Notes under the pieces: generated by a model
Database searches by the model: none
What the model saw: only the letters and a program-made list of their open reading frames with translations
Told to the model about the DNA's origin: nothing
Translations under genes and position numbers: made by a program
Source of the DNA: Longimicrobiales bacterium
GTDB lineage: Bacteria; Gemmatimonadota; Gemmatimonadetes; Longimicrobiales; Gaopeijiaceae
Length of the DNA: 32,930 bases
Direction of reading: 5' to 3'
NCBI GenBank assembly: GCA_965197725.1
Contig: CBDANQ010000047.1
Span: forward strand, 1-32,930
Shown: piece by piece, positions 19,538 through 29,598 of the stretch
Numbering within the stretch: position 1 is the stretch's first letter
Layout of the letters: each line of letters starts with the position of its first letter

Positions 19538-20440
19538 ATGAATCACAAGTGGTTTGTGCTGACCGCAATTGCGGCGCTGGCTCTCGCGGCGTGTGACGAC
19601 GACACGACCGAGCCCGTCATGGAAACGCTCGACCTCTCGTTCGTTGGCCTCGAGTCGTTAGCGAACGGGTATCACTACGAGGGATGGGCGATCGTGGGCG
19701 GTTCGCCTGTAAAGACGGGGAAGTTCAACGTCGATTCGAACGGCGCTCTGGTGGCGGTGGGCGGAGCCCAGGTCACCAACGGAGCCTTCGCAACCGGGGT
19801 CGACCTCGAGAGCGCCACCGCGATCGTCATTACGATCGAGCCCGCTGGCGACACGGACGCCGTTCCGACGAGCACGCACATCCTGGCCGGCGCAGTCTCG
19901 GGTGGTCAGGCGACGTTGGGGGCGGGAGACGGCGCCGCCCTCGGCAGCGACTTCCTGAGCGCGACCGGGAACTACATCCTGGCAACCCCGACGAACGGAG
20001 CCGATACCGACGAGAATAGCGGCATCTGGTTCCTGTCGCTGGAGACGGGTGCGCCGGCGACCGGGCTGAGCCTACCCACGTTGCCCGCGGGTTGGGCGTA
20101 TGAGGGTTGGGCGGTCATCGCCGGCACTCCGGTCACGACGGGGCGTTTCACAGTCGTGGACGCGGCCGACCTCGCCGATCCGTTCAGCGGCACCGAGGAT
20201 GCCCCACCCTTCCCGGGTGAGGATTTCCTGGTCAACGCCCCGTCCGGGATGATCTTCCCGACCGATCTCGCCGGCGGCACCGCGGTGATCTCGATCGAGC
20301 CCGATCCCGACGACACGTCCGGACCGTTCACGTTGAAGCCGCTCGTGGGTCCGATTGCCGCGGACGCGGTGGACCACGTGACGTACTCGATGGGCAACAA
20401 CGCGTCCGGCTTCCCGACTGGGAACGCAACGATTCGTTGA
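19538..20440 (+). CDS. Secreted lipoprotein with two repeated YEGW domains (resembles proteins annotated anti-sigma-K-like)
   Basis: AGGAG RBS, lipobox ALALAAC; internal repeats YEGWAIVGGSPVKTGKF / YEGWAVIAGTPVTTGRF and ITIEPAGD / ISIEPDPD. Confidence 0.75.
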   Translation: MNHKWFVLTAIAALALAACDDDTTEPVMETLDLSFVGLESLANGYHYEGWAIVGGSPVKTGKFNVDSNGALVAVGGAQVTNGAFATGVDLESATAIVITIEPAGDTDAVPTSTHILAGAVSGGQATLGAGDGAALGSDFLSATGNYILATPTNGADTDENSGIWFLSLETGAPATGLSLPTLPAGWAYEGWAVIAGTPVTTGRFTVVDAADLADPFSGTEDAPPFPGEDFLVNAPSGMIFPTDLAGGTAVISIEPDPDDTSGPFTLKPLVGPIAADAVDHVTYSMGNNASGFPTGNATIR

Positions 20441-20464
20441 AGTAGGTGGGCACGTCGCTTGGTC

Positions 20465-21649
20465 CTAGAAGGCGCTCAGCCCGGTCAGAGTCTCGCCGAG
20501 GATGAGCGAGTGGATGTCGTGGGTCCCCTCGTAGGTGTACACCGACTCGAGGTTCGCCATGTGCCGCATCGAGTGGTACTCCACGAGGATCCCGTTCCCG
20601 CCCAAGAGACGGCGTGCTTCCCGCGCGATGTTCGTCGCCATGTCCACGTTCGCGCGCTTCGCGAGCGAGACCTGCTGCGGCGTCATCGTGCCGTCGTCCT
20701 TCATCCGGCCGAGACGGTAGGTGAGCAGCTGCCCGGTCGTGACGCTAGTGAGCATATCGGCGAGCCGGACCTGTTGGATCTGCTTCCCACCGATGGGCGA
20801 TCCGAACGTGAGGCGCTCCTTGGAATACGAGAGCGCTTCGTGGAAGCACGCCATCGCGGCGCCGACCGCACCCCAGGAGATGCCGTAGCGGGCCTGAGTG
20901 AGGCACATGAGCGGGTGCTTCAGGCCGCCGGTGCTTTCGGGGAGCACGGCGCTCGTGGGGAGCTCGACGTCATGCAACACGATCTCGCTCGTATCGCTCG
21001 CGAGCAGCGAGAGCTTGCCCTTCTGGTCGCGCGCGCTGAAGCCGGGCGTGTCCGTCGGTACCACGAAGCCGCGGATACCGCTCACGTCCCCGATTTCGCG
21101 GGTCTGGGCCCAGACGACCGCCACGTTCGCCATCGAACCGTTCGTGATCCACATCTTGGTGCCGTTGAGCAGCCACCCGTCAGCGGTCTCCTTCGCGGTG
21201 GTGATCATGCCACCCGGATCCGACCCGTGGTCAGGCTCGGTCAGGCCGAAGCAGCCGATCGCTTCTCCCGTCGCGAGCTTGGGCAGCCACTCCGTGCGGT
21301 GCTCCTCACTACCGAACGCAAAGATCGGATACATGACGAGCGCGCCCTGTACCGATACGAATGAGCGGATGCCGGAGTCGCCCCGCTCGAGCTCCTGCAT
21401 GATGAGGCCGTTCGCGACGTTGTTGAGTCCGGCGCAGCCGTACTTCTCCGGCAGGTTCGCACCGAACACGCCGAGTTCACCGAGCTCGGGGATGAGCTGC
21501 TCCGGGAAAGTCCGCTCGATGTATGCCTTGCCGATGATCGGCATGAGGCGGTCCTCGACCCAGTTGCGGATCGTGTCGCGGACCATCCGCTCCTCTTCCG
21601 AAAAGAGCGAGTCGACGTCGTAGAAGTCGATGCCATCGAAGCGGGCCAT
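20465..21649 (-). CDS. Acyl-CoA dehydrogenase, glutaryl-CoA dehydrogenase-like
   Basis: GCFGLTEPDHGSDPGGM, LNGTKMWITNG, TYEGTHDIHSLILG. Confidence 0.93.
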   Translation of the reverse strand: MARFDGIDFYDVDSLFSEEERMVRDTIRNWVEDRLMPIIGKAYIERTFPEQLIPELGELGVFGANLPEKYGCAGLNNVANGLIMQELERGDSGIRSFVSVQGALVMYPIFAFGSEEHRTEWLPKLATGEAIGCFGLTEPDHGSDPGGMITTAKETADGWLLNGTKMWITNGSMANVAVVWAQTREIGDVSGIRGFVVPTDTPGFSARDQKGKLSLLASDTSEIVLHDVELPTSAVLPESTGGLKHPLMCLTQARYGISWGAVGAAMACFHEALSYSKERLTFGSPIGGKQIQQVRLADMLTSVTTGQLLTYRLGRMKDDGTMTPQQVSLAKRANVDMATNIAREARRLLGGNGILVEYHSMRHMANLESVYTYEGTHDIHSLILGETLTGLSAF

Positions 21650-21755
21650 CGGTCGTACTCCGTCCTTGTCGGGTGTCGGTCCCGGATCCGAGTCCGGAGA
21701 CGAGAAAATAACCTCGACACCCGGAAATGGGACCGGGAGAGAGCCGAGCGGCCGC

Positions 21756-22127
21756 CTACTCGGAGGTCCTGTCCTCCTTGGGTGGTCTGGCCTCTACCGC
21801 TCGCACGTTCATGAAGCGGATGACCCCGTACGCGAGTTCACGGCAAGCCTTTGCACCGAGCCAGATCCCCATCGCGACCGTACCGAACCAACCACCGATC
21901 ACGAGACTCGACGGGCGGATGAAGACCCAGATGTACGCGGCGAGGCCAACACCGAAGATCCAGCCTCCGACCCAGCCCCACCAGCCGGCTCGGTTTCTCG
22001 CCAGGGAGCGGCACCGGTCACACCAGAGCAGCCGATCCAGGTACATCTGGTCGTGCACTTCGAGGCAGCGAACGCAGGTGATCTCGTCCGGGTAGCGATC
22101 GCGCCAATCGGCGCCGTCTTCCGTCAT
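21756..22127 (-). CDS. Small membrane protein with CxxC...CxxC putative Zn site
   Basis: TCVRCLE...LWCDRC followed by two hydrophobic helices; co-oriented with flanking genes. Confidence 0.7.
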   Translation of the reverse strand: MTEDGADWRDRYPDEITCVRCLEVHDQMYLDRLLWCDRCRSLARNRAGWWGWVGGWIFGVGLAAYIWVFIRPSSLVIGGWFGTVAMGIWLGAKACRELAYGVIRFMNVRAVEARPPKEDRTSE

Positions 22128-22245
22128 GGGGTAGCTCAGGCGAGGGCGATGCCGTCACGGCGAGCCTTACCCGCGATGTTGAGCGATCTTCGCCACAGCT
22201 CGTCGCTCGCGATCATATCTCTCTTTCCCGTACGCTGTCCCGTCT

Positions 22246-22844
22246 TCATCGACCCACGTACCACAGCAACGTCCGGGCCAGCCGGTCGACCGACGAGGCC
22301 AGACCCCGGGGATCATCCGCCGGAAACGCCTCGCCTTCCACGACGCCGAACCAGGGAACTCGCCCCGTTCGAACCGAGACGAGCGCCACCGACCAACGGA
22401 TTCTGGGGTCTTCCCCAACGTCGGCGGCGACCGCCGCCTCCACCGGCAACAGCACCGCGTCGGCATCGACGAGCGCCGCCATCCTCCGGAGTTCCCCGAA
22501 GAGGGGATCTCCAATCCTACGCACTTCTGCCTGCAGGAAGTGTCCTACCGGAAGGCCACGCGTGCTCGCGTTGATCCCCGGCGAGCGTGCGAGGACCTCC
22601 TCCACTTCATGTGCGAGCACCCACTCGACGTCCTGCGTGCGATCCCGGAGCCCGAACGCGAGCTCCGCATCAGGATCGCCTGAGACGCCGAGTACCTGCT
22701 GTACGGGCAATACCAGCACTCGTGCTCCCCGCAGGTCCGGCGGCGTGCCCAGTGAGGTCCCGGGTCCCGGAGGGCGGGTGTTTCCACCGCAGGCCGAGAG
22801 CACCAACGCGACGAGTATCGCCGCACAGGCGTGTGCGCCCACCA
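22246..22844 (-). CDS. Hypothetical lipoprotein (start uncertain)
   Basis: Hydrophobic stretch with lipobox LVLSAC, then a globular domain; the longer ORF to 23073 would overlap the divergent gene. Confidence 0.65.
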
Positions 22845-23025
22845 CTCCCTTGCTCGTCCTATCTGGCAATCGAACCTCTTCCGCGCGCGTCGCAGCCGAT
22901 ACAGCGCCGATACAGCCTTGTAAGGTAGACAAGGCGCGCGGGGTGTTGAACCTTCGAGCCCGCTTGCAAAGTCGCCGCGACGCGCAGGTGTTTGATTCAG
23001 CGGCGTACTGAAGCGGTTCCGCTTC

Positions 23026-24955
23026 ATGTCCTTCTTCGGAGACTGGTCCCGGGTGCTCGCGCGACGACTCCACCTGTGTTTGCCTACCACCACCGTGCTG
23101 GTGCTCCTAGCGTCGTGCTCGCTCACGTCTGAGCCCGAAGCCCCGCCGCACCTCGAGTTCTCGGAACCCGTGCTCAACCTGGGCACGCTTCGGGAGGGCC
23201 AGATCGAGGTCCGGAACACGGGTAGTCAGGGTGTCGGCCCGGTCGAACTCCTGGTATCGGGTATTCGCGACGCCACCGGCGCCACCGTTCCGGGCTCGCG
23301 TCTGATGACCGACCCTCAAGAGATTCCCACGCTGAACGCGGGCGCAGCCCGGACGGTCAGTGTCTCACTCTTGGTGCAAGGATCGCTGATCCCGGGCGAC
23401 TACGACGCCGCGATCACCGCTCGTGGTGGGTCGCAAACCAGCGCTCAAGCGGCGGTGCGCTTTGTGGTTCTCGACGACCCCGACAGCTCGGCAGTGAGTG
23501 TCGAGATCCTCTCCACTCAGACCACGGCTCGCGTGGGCGATGTGGTCGCGCTACCGGTGGAAGCGCGAAACGCGAACGGAACCGTGCTCCAGGGGGTGTC
23601 GATCTCGTGGAGCCTGGAGCCGTCCGACGCCGGATACCTGGGCGCGAGCGGTCAGTTCGTCGCCTACGAGACGGGGCCCCGTCGCCCTCGTCGCCCGCGC
23701 CGGCGTCGCATCCGATACGCTTCGACTGGACGTGAACGAACGCGGGCTCACCGGGTCATTCAAGATCGTGGGACGTGCTGAGGAGTCCGAACACTACACG
23801 TCCGACCTCTGGCTTCACGGTACGGTGGCCTACGCCGGCACGTGGGGTAGTCGGCCCGTCGGCTCCGGCTCGAACGTCGGCAACACTCTCAACGTGTGGG
23901 ACATAGCCGACCCATCTTCCGCGCAGAAGGTCTTCTCACTGGAGATCGACGCACAGACGGTAAACGACGTGAAGGTCCGGGCCGACGGGACGCTCGTGAT
24001 CATCACGCACGAGGGCTCGAGTGACGGGCTCAACGGCGTCACGATCCTCGACTTGGCCAACCCGCTGGCACCCACCGTCCTCGGCCGCTTCACGTCGGAG
24101 ACGGTAAACGACGTGAAGGTCCGGGCCGACGGGACGCTCGTGATCATCACGCACGAGGGCTCGAGTGACGGGCTCAACGGCGTCACGATCCTCGACTTGG
24201 CCAACCCGCTGGCACCCACCGTCCTCGGCCGCTTCACGTCGGAGTTGGAGTCGGGCGTTCACAACGTCTGGATCGATGGGGACTACGCCTACGTGGCCGT
24301 CGACGGAAGCCGCAACGGGCTTCGAATACTGGACATCTCGGATCCCATCTCGCCCAAGATCGTCGCGCGCTATTGGGCAGGGTCGAGTTTTCTGCACGAC
24401 GTCTATGTGCGCGACGGGCTCGCTTTCCTGTCGCACTGGAACGCGGGACTCGTGGTCCTAGACGTCGGCAATGGCATCGCCGGTGGCGCTCCGGAGGCCC
24501 CGGTCGAGGTCTCTCGGCTCTCGGAGCTCGGCGGACAGACCCACAACGCCTGGTACTGGCCCGAAACCGGCTACGTGTTCGTTGGGGAAGAGGACTTCGG
24601 AACGCCCGGCATCATGCACGTGGTCGACGTGCGCAACCTGCGGGAGCCCCGAGAAGTGGCCACGTTCGCCGTGCCTGGCCAAACATCGCATAACTTCTGG
24701 CTCGACGAGGCGACGGGCACCCTCTACCTGGCGTGGTACGGGAACGGCCTGCGGGCGCTGGACGTGACCGGCGACCTGCTGGGAGAGCTCGACCGACAGG
24801 GCCGGGAGATCGTCGGACTCCGGTACAACGGCGGCCTCGGCTCCTGCAACCGCCCTAGCATGGACACCTGCACCTGGGGTCCCCAACTCCACGACGGGCT
24901 GGTCTGGGTCTCGGATATGAACGAAGGGCTGATCGCGTTCGAGCGCCCACGTTGA
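23026..24955 (+). CDS. Lipoprotein with Ig-like domains and LVIVD-repeat beta-propeller; frameshift at ~23675
   Basis: Lipobox VLLASC; ORF 23026..23781 joins the 23498..24955 frame at ACGGGGCCCC (ETG-PVALVARAG); LVIVD-type repeats GLRILDISDP, GLVVLDVG, MHVVDVRN. Confidence 0.8.
23955..24244 (+). repeat. Exact in-frame 144-bp tandem duplication
   Basis: 23955-24098 is identical to 24099-24242 (48 aa, TVNDVKVRADG...GRFTSE). Confidence 0.95.
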
Positions 24956-24970
24956 TGGCAAGCGCCCGCA

Positions 24971-25381
24971 CTACACAGGTTCCGCACCCGACTGGTCCAG
25001 ATCCAGCGAGCATGAATTGATACAGTAGCGCTGCCCGCCCGGGCGCGGCGCGTCAGGGAACACGTGGCCGAGGTGTCCTCCGCACTTCCCGCAATACACT
25101 TCGGTCCGCGTCATGCCGTGGCTGCGATCCGTTTCGGTCTCGACGGCAGAGCCCTCCATCGGCTCGTAGAACGAAGGCCATCCGGAGCCCGAGTCATACT
25201 TGGTGTCAGACGAGAAAACTGGCTCACCGCAGCCCTTGCACCGATACGTGCCTGCCGCCTTTTCATCCCAGTATTTCCCGGTGAAGGCACGCTCCGTTCC
25301 CTGCTTGCGAAGGACCTCGTACTCCTCTTCGCTGAGCTGCTCGCGCCACTGGGCGTCGGTTCTGTCGATACGGTCGGTCAC
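24971..25381 (-). CDS. msrB: Peptide-methionine (R)-S-oxide reductase
   Basis: GTERAFTG, two CxxC, KYDSGSGWPSF, GHLGHVFPD, RYCINS. Confidence 0.97.
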   Translation of the reverse strand: MTDRIDRTDAQWREQLSEEEYEVLRKQGTERAFTGKYWDEKAAGTYRCKGCGEPVFSSDTKYDSGSGWPSFYEPMEGSAVETETDRSHGMTRTEVYCGKCGGHLGHVFPDAPRPGGQRYCINSCSLDLDQSGAEPV

Positions 25382-25633
25382 GCGTCCTCCAATGTGCTAT
25401 TTTTCGTCCCCGATCTACCCCTTCGAGCCTACCCGGATCCCGACTCGGATCCCGCCTGGCACAACTTCTGCTGGCCGGCCATGGAGCAGATCCGCAGCAA
25501 GCCCGCACGATCTGCGGGGTGGCTGGCTACTCCGATGGTGCCTTCGTCACGCAGTACTGGCTGCGCGCCCATTGACAGCGGGGGCTCCGCCGTGCCGATT
25601 GGCCGGTCCCCCAATCGACACCGGAGCCCCGAA

Positions 25634-26020
25634 ATGAACGACTCTTCCGTCCGCCACACCAAGTGGGACGACATCCCCTTGGAGACGGTGAAAGACGACA
25701 TCACCCGGCGTGTGTTCACAGGCGACCGCATGATGATCGCGCACGTGTACCTGGCCCAGGGCGCCATCGTACCCAGGCACTCCCACGAGAACGAGCAGCT
25801 CACCTACGTCCTGGACGGCGCGCTCCACTTCTGGCTCGGTGACGAGCGTTCAGCCAACTACCAGGAGCTCGTGGTTTCCACCGGTGAGGTCCTGTTCATC
25901 CCAGCGAACGTGCCGCACCGCGTCGAGGCTCTCGAGGACACCCTCGACGTGGACGTCTTCAGCCCTCCTCGTCAGGACTGGCTCGACGGCACTGATTCCT
26001 ACTTCCACGACGAGTCCTAG
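25634..26020 (+). CDS. Cupin-domain protein
   Basis: GAIVPRHSHENEQLTYVLDG...IPANVPH...DVFSPPRQDWL. Confidence 0.9.
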   Translation: MNDSSVRHTKWDDIPLETVKDDITRRVFTGDRMMIAHVYLAQGAIVPRHSHENEQLTYVLDGALHFWLGDERSANYQELVVSTGEVLFIPANVPHRVEALEDTLDVDVFSPPRQDWLDGTDSYFHDES

Positions 26021-26041
26021 CGACCGGGAGGCGGCACTGAC

Positions 26042-26338
26042 ATGGATCTCGGGCTAAAGGGGCGAGTCGCCCTCGTTTGCGGCTCCAGCCAGGGGCTGGG
26101 CCGCGCCATCGCAGATCGCGGAGGCCACGCGTTCCACCTCGCTGAAGCCGTGGCGGAACGGGAGGGGATCACCGTCGAGGGCGCCTACGAAAGTTGGGAG
26201 GGCGAGATCCCGATGGGGCGGCTCGCGGACCCTCCGGAGCTTGGTGCGGTAGCAGCGTTCCTGTGTTCTGAGCAGGCCTCGTACGTGACGGGGCAATCAA
26301 TCGCCGTCGATGGCGGCTGGATCAAAGGATTAGTCTGA
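26042..26338 (+). pseudogene. SDR oxidoreductase with large in-frame internal deletion
   Basis: N-terminal MDLGLKGRVALVCGSSQGLGRAIA joined almost directly to C-terminal IPMGRLADPPELG...ASYVTGQSIAVDGG; only 98 aa, catalytic core absent. Confidence 0.85.
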
Positions 26339-27273
26339 TGGGCGAAGTTGGTTTGGACGCATCGCAGTGGATATGGAAGAACGGTGAGATGATCCCTTGG
26401 GCAGACGCCCAACTGCATCTTCTCTCCACTGCGGTCCAGTTCGGCACCTCGGTATTCGAGGGCGTGCGGACGTACGAGACCCCCAAGGGTCGGGCGATCT
26501 TCCGCCTCGACGCGCATATCCGTCGGCTCTTGGACTCGGCCAAGATCTACCGTATGGTCCCTGACTTCACGCCCGAACAGTTGGCGGAAGCGAGCAAGGA
26601 AGTCGTGCGCAGGAACGAGCTCACGAGTTGCTACATCCGCCCAATGGTCCTGCGCGGCTACGGGTCGCCCGGAATCAACCCGTTCGGCAGCCCCATCGAG
26701 ACGTTCATCCCGGCTTGGGCCTGGGGCGCGTACCTCGGCGAGGACGGGCTCAGGAACGGCGTAGACGTGTGTGTCTCCTCTTGGCTGAGAGCCTACCCGA
26801 ACACGTACCCGCAGCGTGCGAAGGCCGCCGGGCACTACCTGAGCGCGCAACTCATGAAGATGGAAGCCCTCGAGAACGGTTACCTCGATGCGATCGCACT
26901 CGGGCCTTCCGGACTCGTGAGCGAGGGCAGCGGCATGAACATCTTCCTCGTGAGAGACGGCCTCATCGCCACCCCGTTCCTCGACGGCACGTCGCTGGAG
27001 GGTATCACTCGCGATGCGATCATCAAGATGGCCCCCGATCTGGGCTACGAGGTGAGGGAGCAAGACATCCCGCGTGAGAGCCTCTACACCGCGGATGAGC
27101 TCTTCTTCACAGGAACCGCCGCCGAAGTCACACCGGTGCGGAGCGTGGACCGGATCACGATCGGCTCGGGCTCGGCGGGTCCCGTCTCTCTCTCGCTTCA
27201 GAGGTACTTCTGGGAGACGGTGCGCGGTGAGAACGACGACCCGCACGGGTTCCTCACCTACCTTGACGGATAG
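26338..27273 (+). CDS. ilvE: Branched-chain amino acid aminotransferase
   Basis: FGTSVFEGVRTY, IFRLDAHIRRL, KAAGHY, SEGSGMNIF, LEGITRD, ELFFTGTAAEVTPV. Confidence 0.96.
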   Translation: MGEVGLDASQWIWKNGEMIPWADAQLHLLSTAVQFGTSVFEGVRTYETPKGRAIFRLDAHIRRLLDSAKIYRMVPDFTPEQLAEASKEVVRRNELTSCYIRPMVLRGYGSPGINPFGSPIETFIPAWAWGAYLGEDGLRNGVDVCVSSWLRAYPNTYPQRAKAAGHYLSAQLMKMEALENGYLDAIALGPSGLVSEGSGMNIFLVRDGLIATPFLDGTSLEGITRDAIIKMAPDLGYEVREQDIPRESLYTADELFFTGTAAEVTPVRSVDRITIGSGSAGPVSLSLQRYFWETVRGENDDPHGFLTYLDG

Positions 27274-27274
27274 C

Positions 27275-27832
27275 CTACCAGTCCGGGCTCTCGAGCTCGT
27301 CCAGCTTCTTCATCGCCTGTCGGAGCTTCGCCGCCTCGTCGGCGCTCAAGTTCTCGACGGGGACGAGGCCCTCGCGGAGCATCCCGCCGCGAGTGAGCAG
27401 GCCGATCAGCATGCCTGCGGTTACGATTGCGAAAACGGGCAAGAAGTAACCGACGAGGTTGAAGCCCTCCGCCGGCGGCAACAAGAGTACCGTCTTTCCG
27501 AAGTCGGCCACGAAGCTTGCTTCAATCGCCTCGACGGTCTCGCCGCGCTCGAGCGACTCACGGATCCGCTGCGACCAGACGGGAGACGTCCCGCACTGCA
27601 TCTGGAACTGGCACGTGTGAACGTCCAGCCCACAGCCGCAGCTGCATCTGAAGTTGGACTCGAGTGCGAGCAGCTTCTCGCCCACTTCGCCCTCGTGATA
27701 GTGCACGCCCGTAGGCGCATTCGGGTCGAATCCCGCATGCGTCGGACCCGTGGATTGGGCTTTGGCGGGCGCGACGAGCAGCCCCATAGCCACAACCGCG
27801 AACAAGCTCGGTCTGATCGTCGTCGTGTTCAT
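27275..27832 (-). CDS. CcmH/NrfF-like cytochrome c biogenesis protein
   Basis: Signal peptide; LESNFRCSCGC...C...C; IRESLERGETVEAIEASFVADFGKTVLLLPP followed by a TM helix. Confidence 0.75.
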   Translation of the reverse strand: MNTTTIRPSLFAVVAMGLLVAPAKAQSTGPTHAGFDPNAPTGVHYHEGEVGEKLLALESNFRCSCGCGLDVHTCQFQMQCGTSPVWSQRIRESLERGETVEAIEASFVADFGKTVLLLPPAEGFNLVGYFLPVFAIVTAGMLIGLLTRGGMLREGLVPVENLSADEAAKLRQAMKKLDELESPDW

Positions 27833-28096
27833 CGTCCAATACATCCCTGCAGGCAAATCGCCCGTCATCCGCTTCAGTTCCAAGTTAACCACGAAGAGTC
27901 CAATTCGCAGTACCGCTTGTGCGCCCTGTCGAAGCCCGCGACGGTGCCCGGCATCCCAAGGCCGCAATCGGCGCCAGGACACCACTAAGCACTAGCCAGA
28001 GGAGCTCTGGCGATTGCACGCGGGCTCGGCGCTGGTTACTTCATCGCGCTTGCCGACGAGACTGTTCGCTCAATGAGAAAACGAGGCCGGGGCGGG

Positions 28097-29236
28097 ATGA
28101 CGATCAAGAGACGCGACTTTCTAAGAAAGGCGGGAGCCGGCGCGAGTGCCGTCGCGCTCGGTGCCTGCTCCGGGGATGGTGCGGATACGGGCGCGGCTGA
28201 GGCCGGCGCGGTCAGTGGCCCGCGCGTGAACTGGCGACTGACGGGCAGCTTCCCGCCGAGCACCGACATCATGTATGGGGCGGGCGTGCACATGGTGGAG
28301 CGCATCTCTGAGATGACCGGTGGCAACTTCAACATCCGCGTGTTCGGCGCCGGCGAGATCGTTCCACCCCTCCAAGTCATGGACGGGGTGATGCAGAGCA
28401 CGATCCAATGCGGAATCACGCCCGGCTACTTCTACACGGGCAAGCACCCCGCGTTGGCTTTCGACACGGCGGTTCCCTTCGGGATGAGCAGCCACCAACA
28501 GATCGCCTGGATGTATCACGGTGGCGGCCTCGATCTTCTCAACTCGATCTACGCAGACTTCGGCCTGATCACCTTCCCCGTATCGTCCACTGGCGCCCAG
28601 ATGGGCGGCTGGTTCAGGGAGCCGGTCGGCGGCATCTCGGACCTGCCCGGCCTGCGTATGCGAATTCCCGGCTTCGGTGGTGAGATCATGTCGCGCCTGG
28701 GCGTCACCGTGCAGGTGATCGCCGCGGCAGAGATCTATCCTGCACTCGAGCGCGGCGCCGTCGACGCGATCGAGTGGGTCGGGCCGCATGACGACGAGCA
28801 GCTCGGCTTCCATCAGATCGCTAAGAACTACTACTACCCCGGTTGGTGGGAGCCGGGAGTGACGGTGAGCCTGCTCGTCAACCGGGCCGCGTACAACGAG
28901 CTTCCCGCTGCCTACCAAGCAGTGCTACGCACAGCGTGTGGCGAGACGCTCTCGCACACGCTCTCGTCCTACGAGGCGGCCAATCCGGCGGCGCTGCGAC
29001 GACTCGTACAGGACCACGGCGTCACCCTGCGGGAGTACTCCGTCGAGATCTTGGAGGCAGCGTGGACCGAGTCGAACGCCTACCTCGCCGAGCAGGCCGC
29101 CGACAACGCGGCCTTCGACAGGGTCTACCAGTCGTGGAAGGCGCATCGGGACATGGCCTTCCCGTACGCCGCCGGTAACGAGCTCTCGTATGCCCGCTTC
29201 GCGTTTCCGAAGATCGGCAACGTTAACATGGGCTGA
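28097..29236 (+). CDS. dctP: TRAP transporter substrate-binding protein (DctP family), Tat-exported
   Basis: KRRDFLRK Tat motif; GEIVPPLQVMD, TGAQMGGWF, GLRMRIPG, LERGAVDAIEWVGPHDD, YYYPGWWEPG. Confidence 0.93.
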   Translation: MTIKRRDFLRKAGAGASAVALGACSGDGADTGAAEAGAVSGPRVNWRLTGSFPPSTDIMYGAGVHMVERISEMTGGNFNIRVFGAGEIVPPLQVMDGVMQSTIQCGITPGYFYTGKHPALAFDTAVPFGMSSHQQIAWMYHGGGLDLLNSIYADFGLITFPVSSTGAQMGGWFREPVGGISDLPGLRMRIPGFGGEIMSRLGVTVQVIAAAEIYPALERGAVDAIEWVGPHDDEQLGFHQIAKNYYYPGWWEPGVTVSLLVNRAAYNELPAAYQAVLRTACGETLSHTLSSYEAANPAALRRLVQDHGVTLREYSVEILEAAWTESNAYLAEQAADNAAFDRVYQSWKAHRDMAFPYAAGNELSYARFAFPKIGNVNMG

Positions 29237-29249
29237 CGGGCGCCGTCAG

Positions 29250-29315
29250 CTCCCGGTTCGGGTGTTCTCCCCCGGCCACGTAGATGGGGATGTTGGAGTC
29301 TACGAAGACCCTCAA
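29250..29315 (-). pseudogene. N-terminal remnant of a VapC (PIN) toxin
   Basis: TTG start overlapping the antitoxin stop (TTGA): MRVFVDSNIPIYVAGGEHPNRE, then runs into the dctP 3' end. Confidence 0.7.
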
Positions 29316-29400
29316 CCGCGGCCCGCTTCGATCTTGCCGAGCATCTCCTCGATGTCGGCCGTCGGACCGTCGAGGCGACCCAATGCCTCGAGGGGATCCT
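29312..29400 (-). pseudogene. C-terminal remnant of a VapB-type antitoxin
   Basis: DPLEALGRLDGPTADIEEMLGKIEAGRG-stop resembles the PTADIxxMLxEIExG antitoxin tail; coupled to the VapC start. Confidence 0.6.
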
Positions 29401-29416
29401 CCGGGAGAGCCCCCGC

Positions 29417-29590
29417 ATCACGCGCCGGCCGTGACGAATGGGTTCACGACGTCCAGCCCCGTCCACCCCGTGAAGCCCCGAATCCTCCGTGAACAGCACG
29501 CCGCACCCCGAGTCGACCGCCGCCCGAACGATCAAGGCGTCCCAGATTGACCCACCATGCAGCCGTCGATGGTCGATTGGCTGGATCGGC
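29417..29590 (-). pseudogene. C-terminal remnant of a second PIN-domain toxin (frameshifted)
   Basis: IDHRRLHGGSIWDALIVRAAVDSGCGVLFTED, frameshift, GLDVVNPF. Confidence 0.75.
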
Positions 29591-29598
29591 GACGTGCG

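Noticed and set aside
22135..22249. 37-codon minus-strand ORF (MKTGQRTGKRDMIAS...) overlapping the lipoprotein stop
   Set aside because: The ATGA overlap is suggestive, but there is no recognisable motif and it is too short to support
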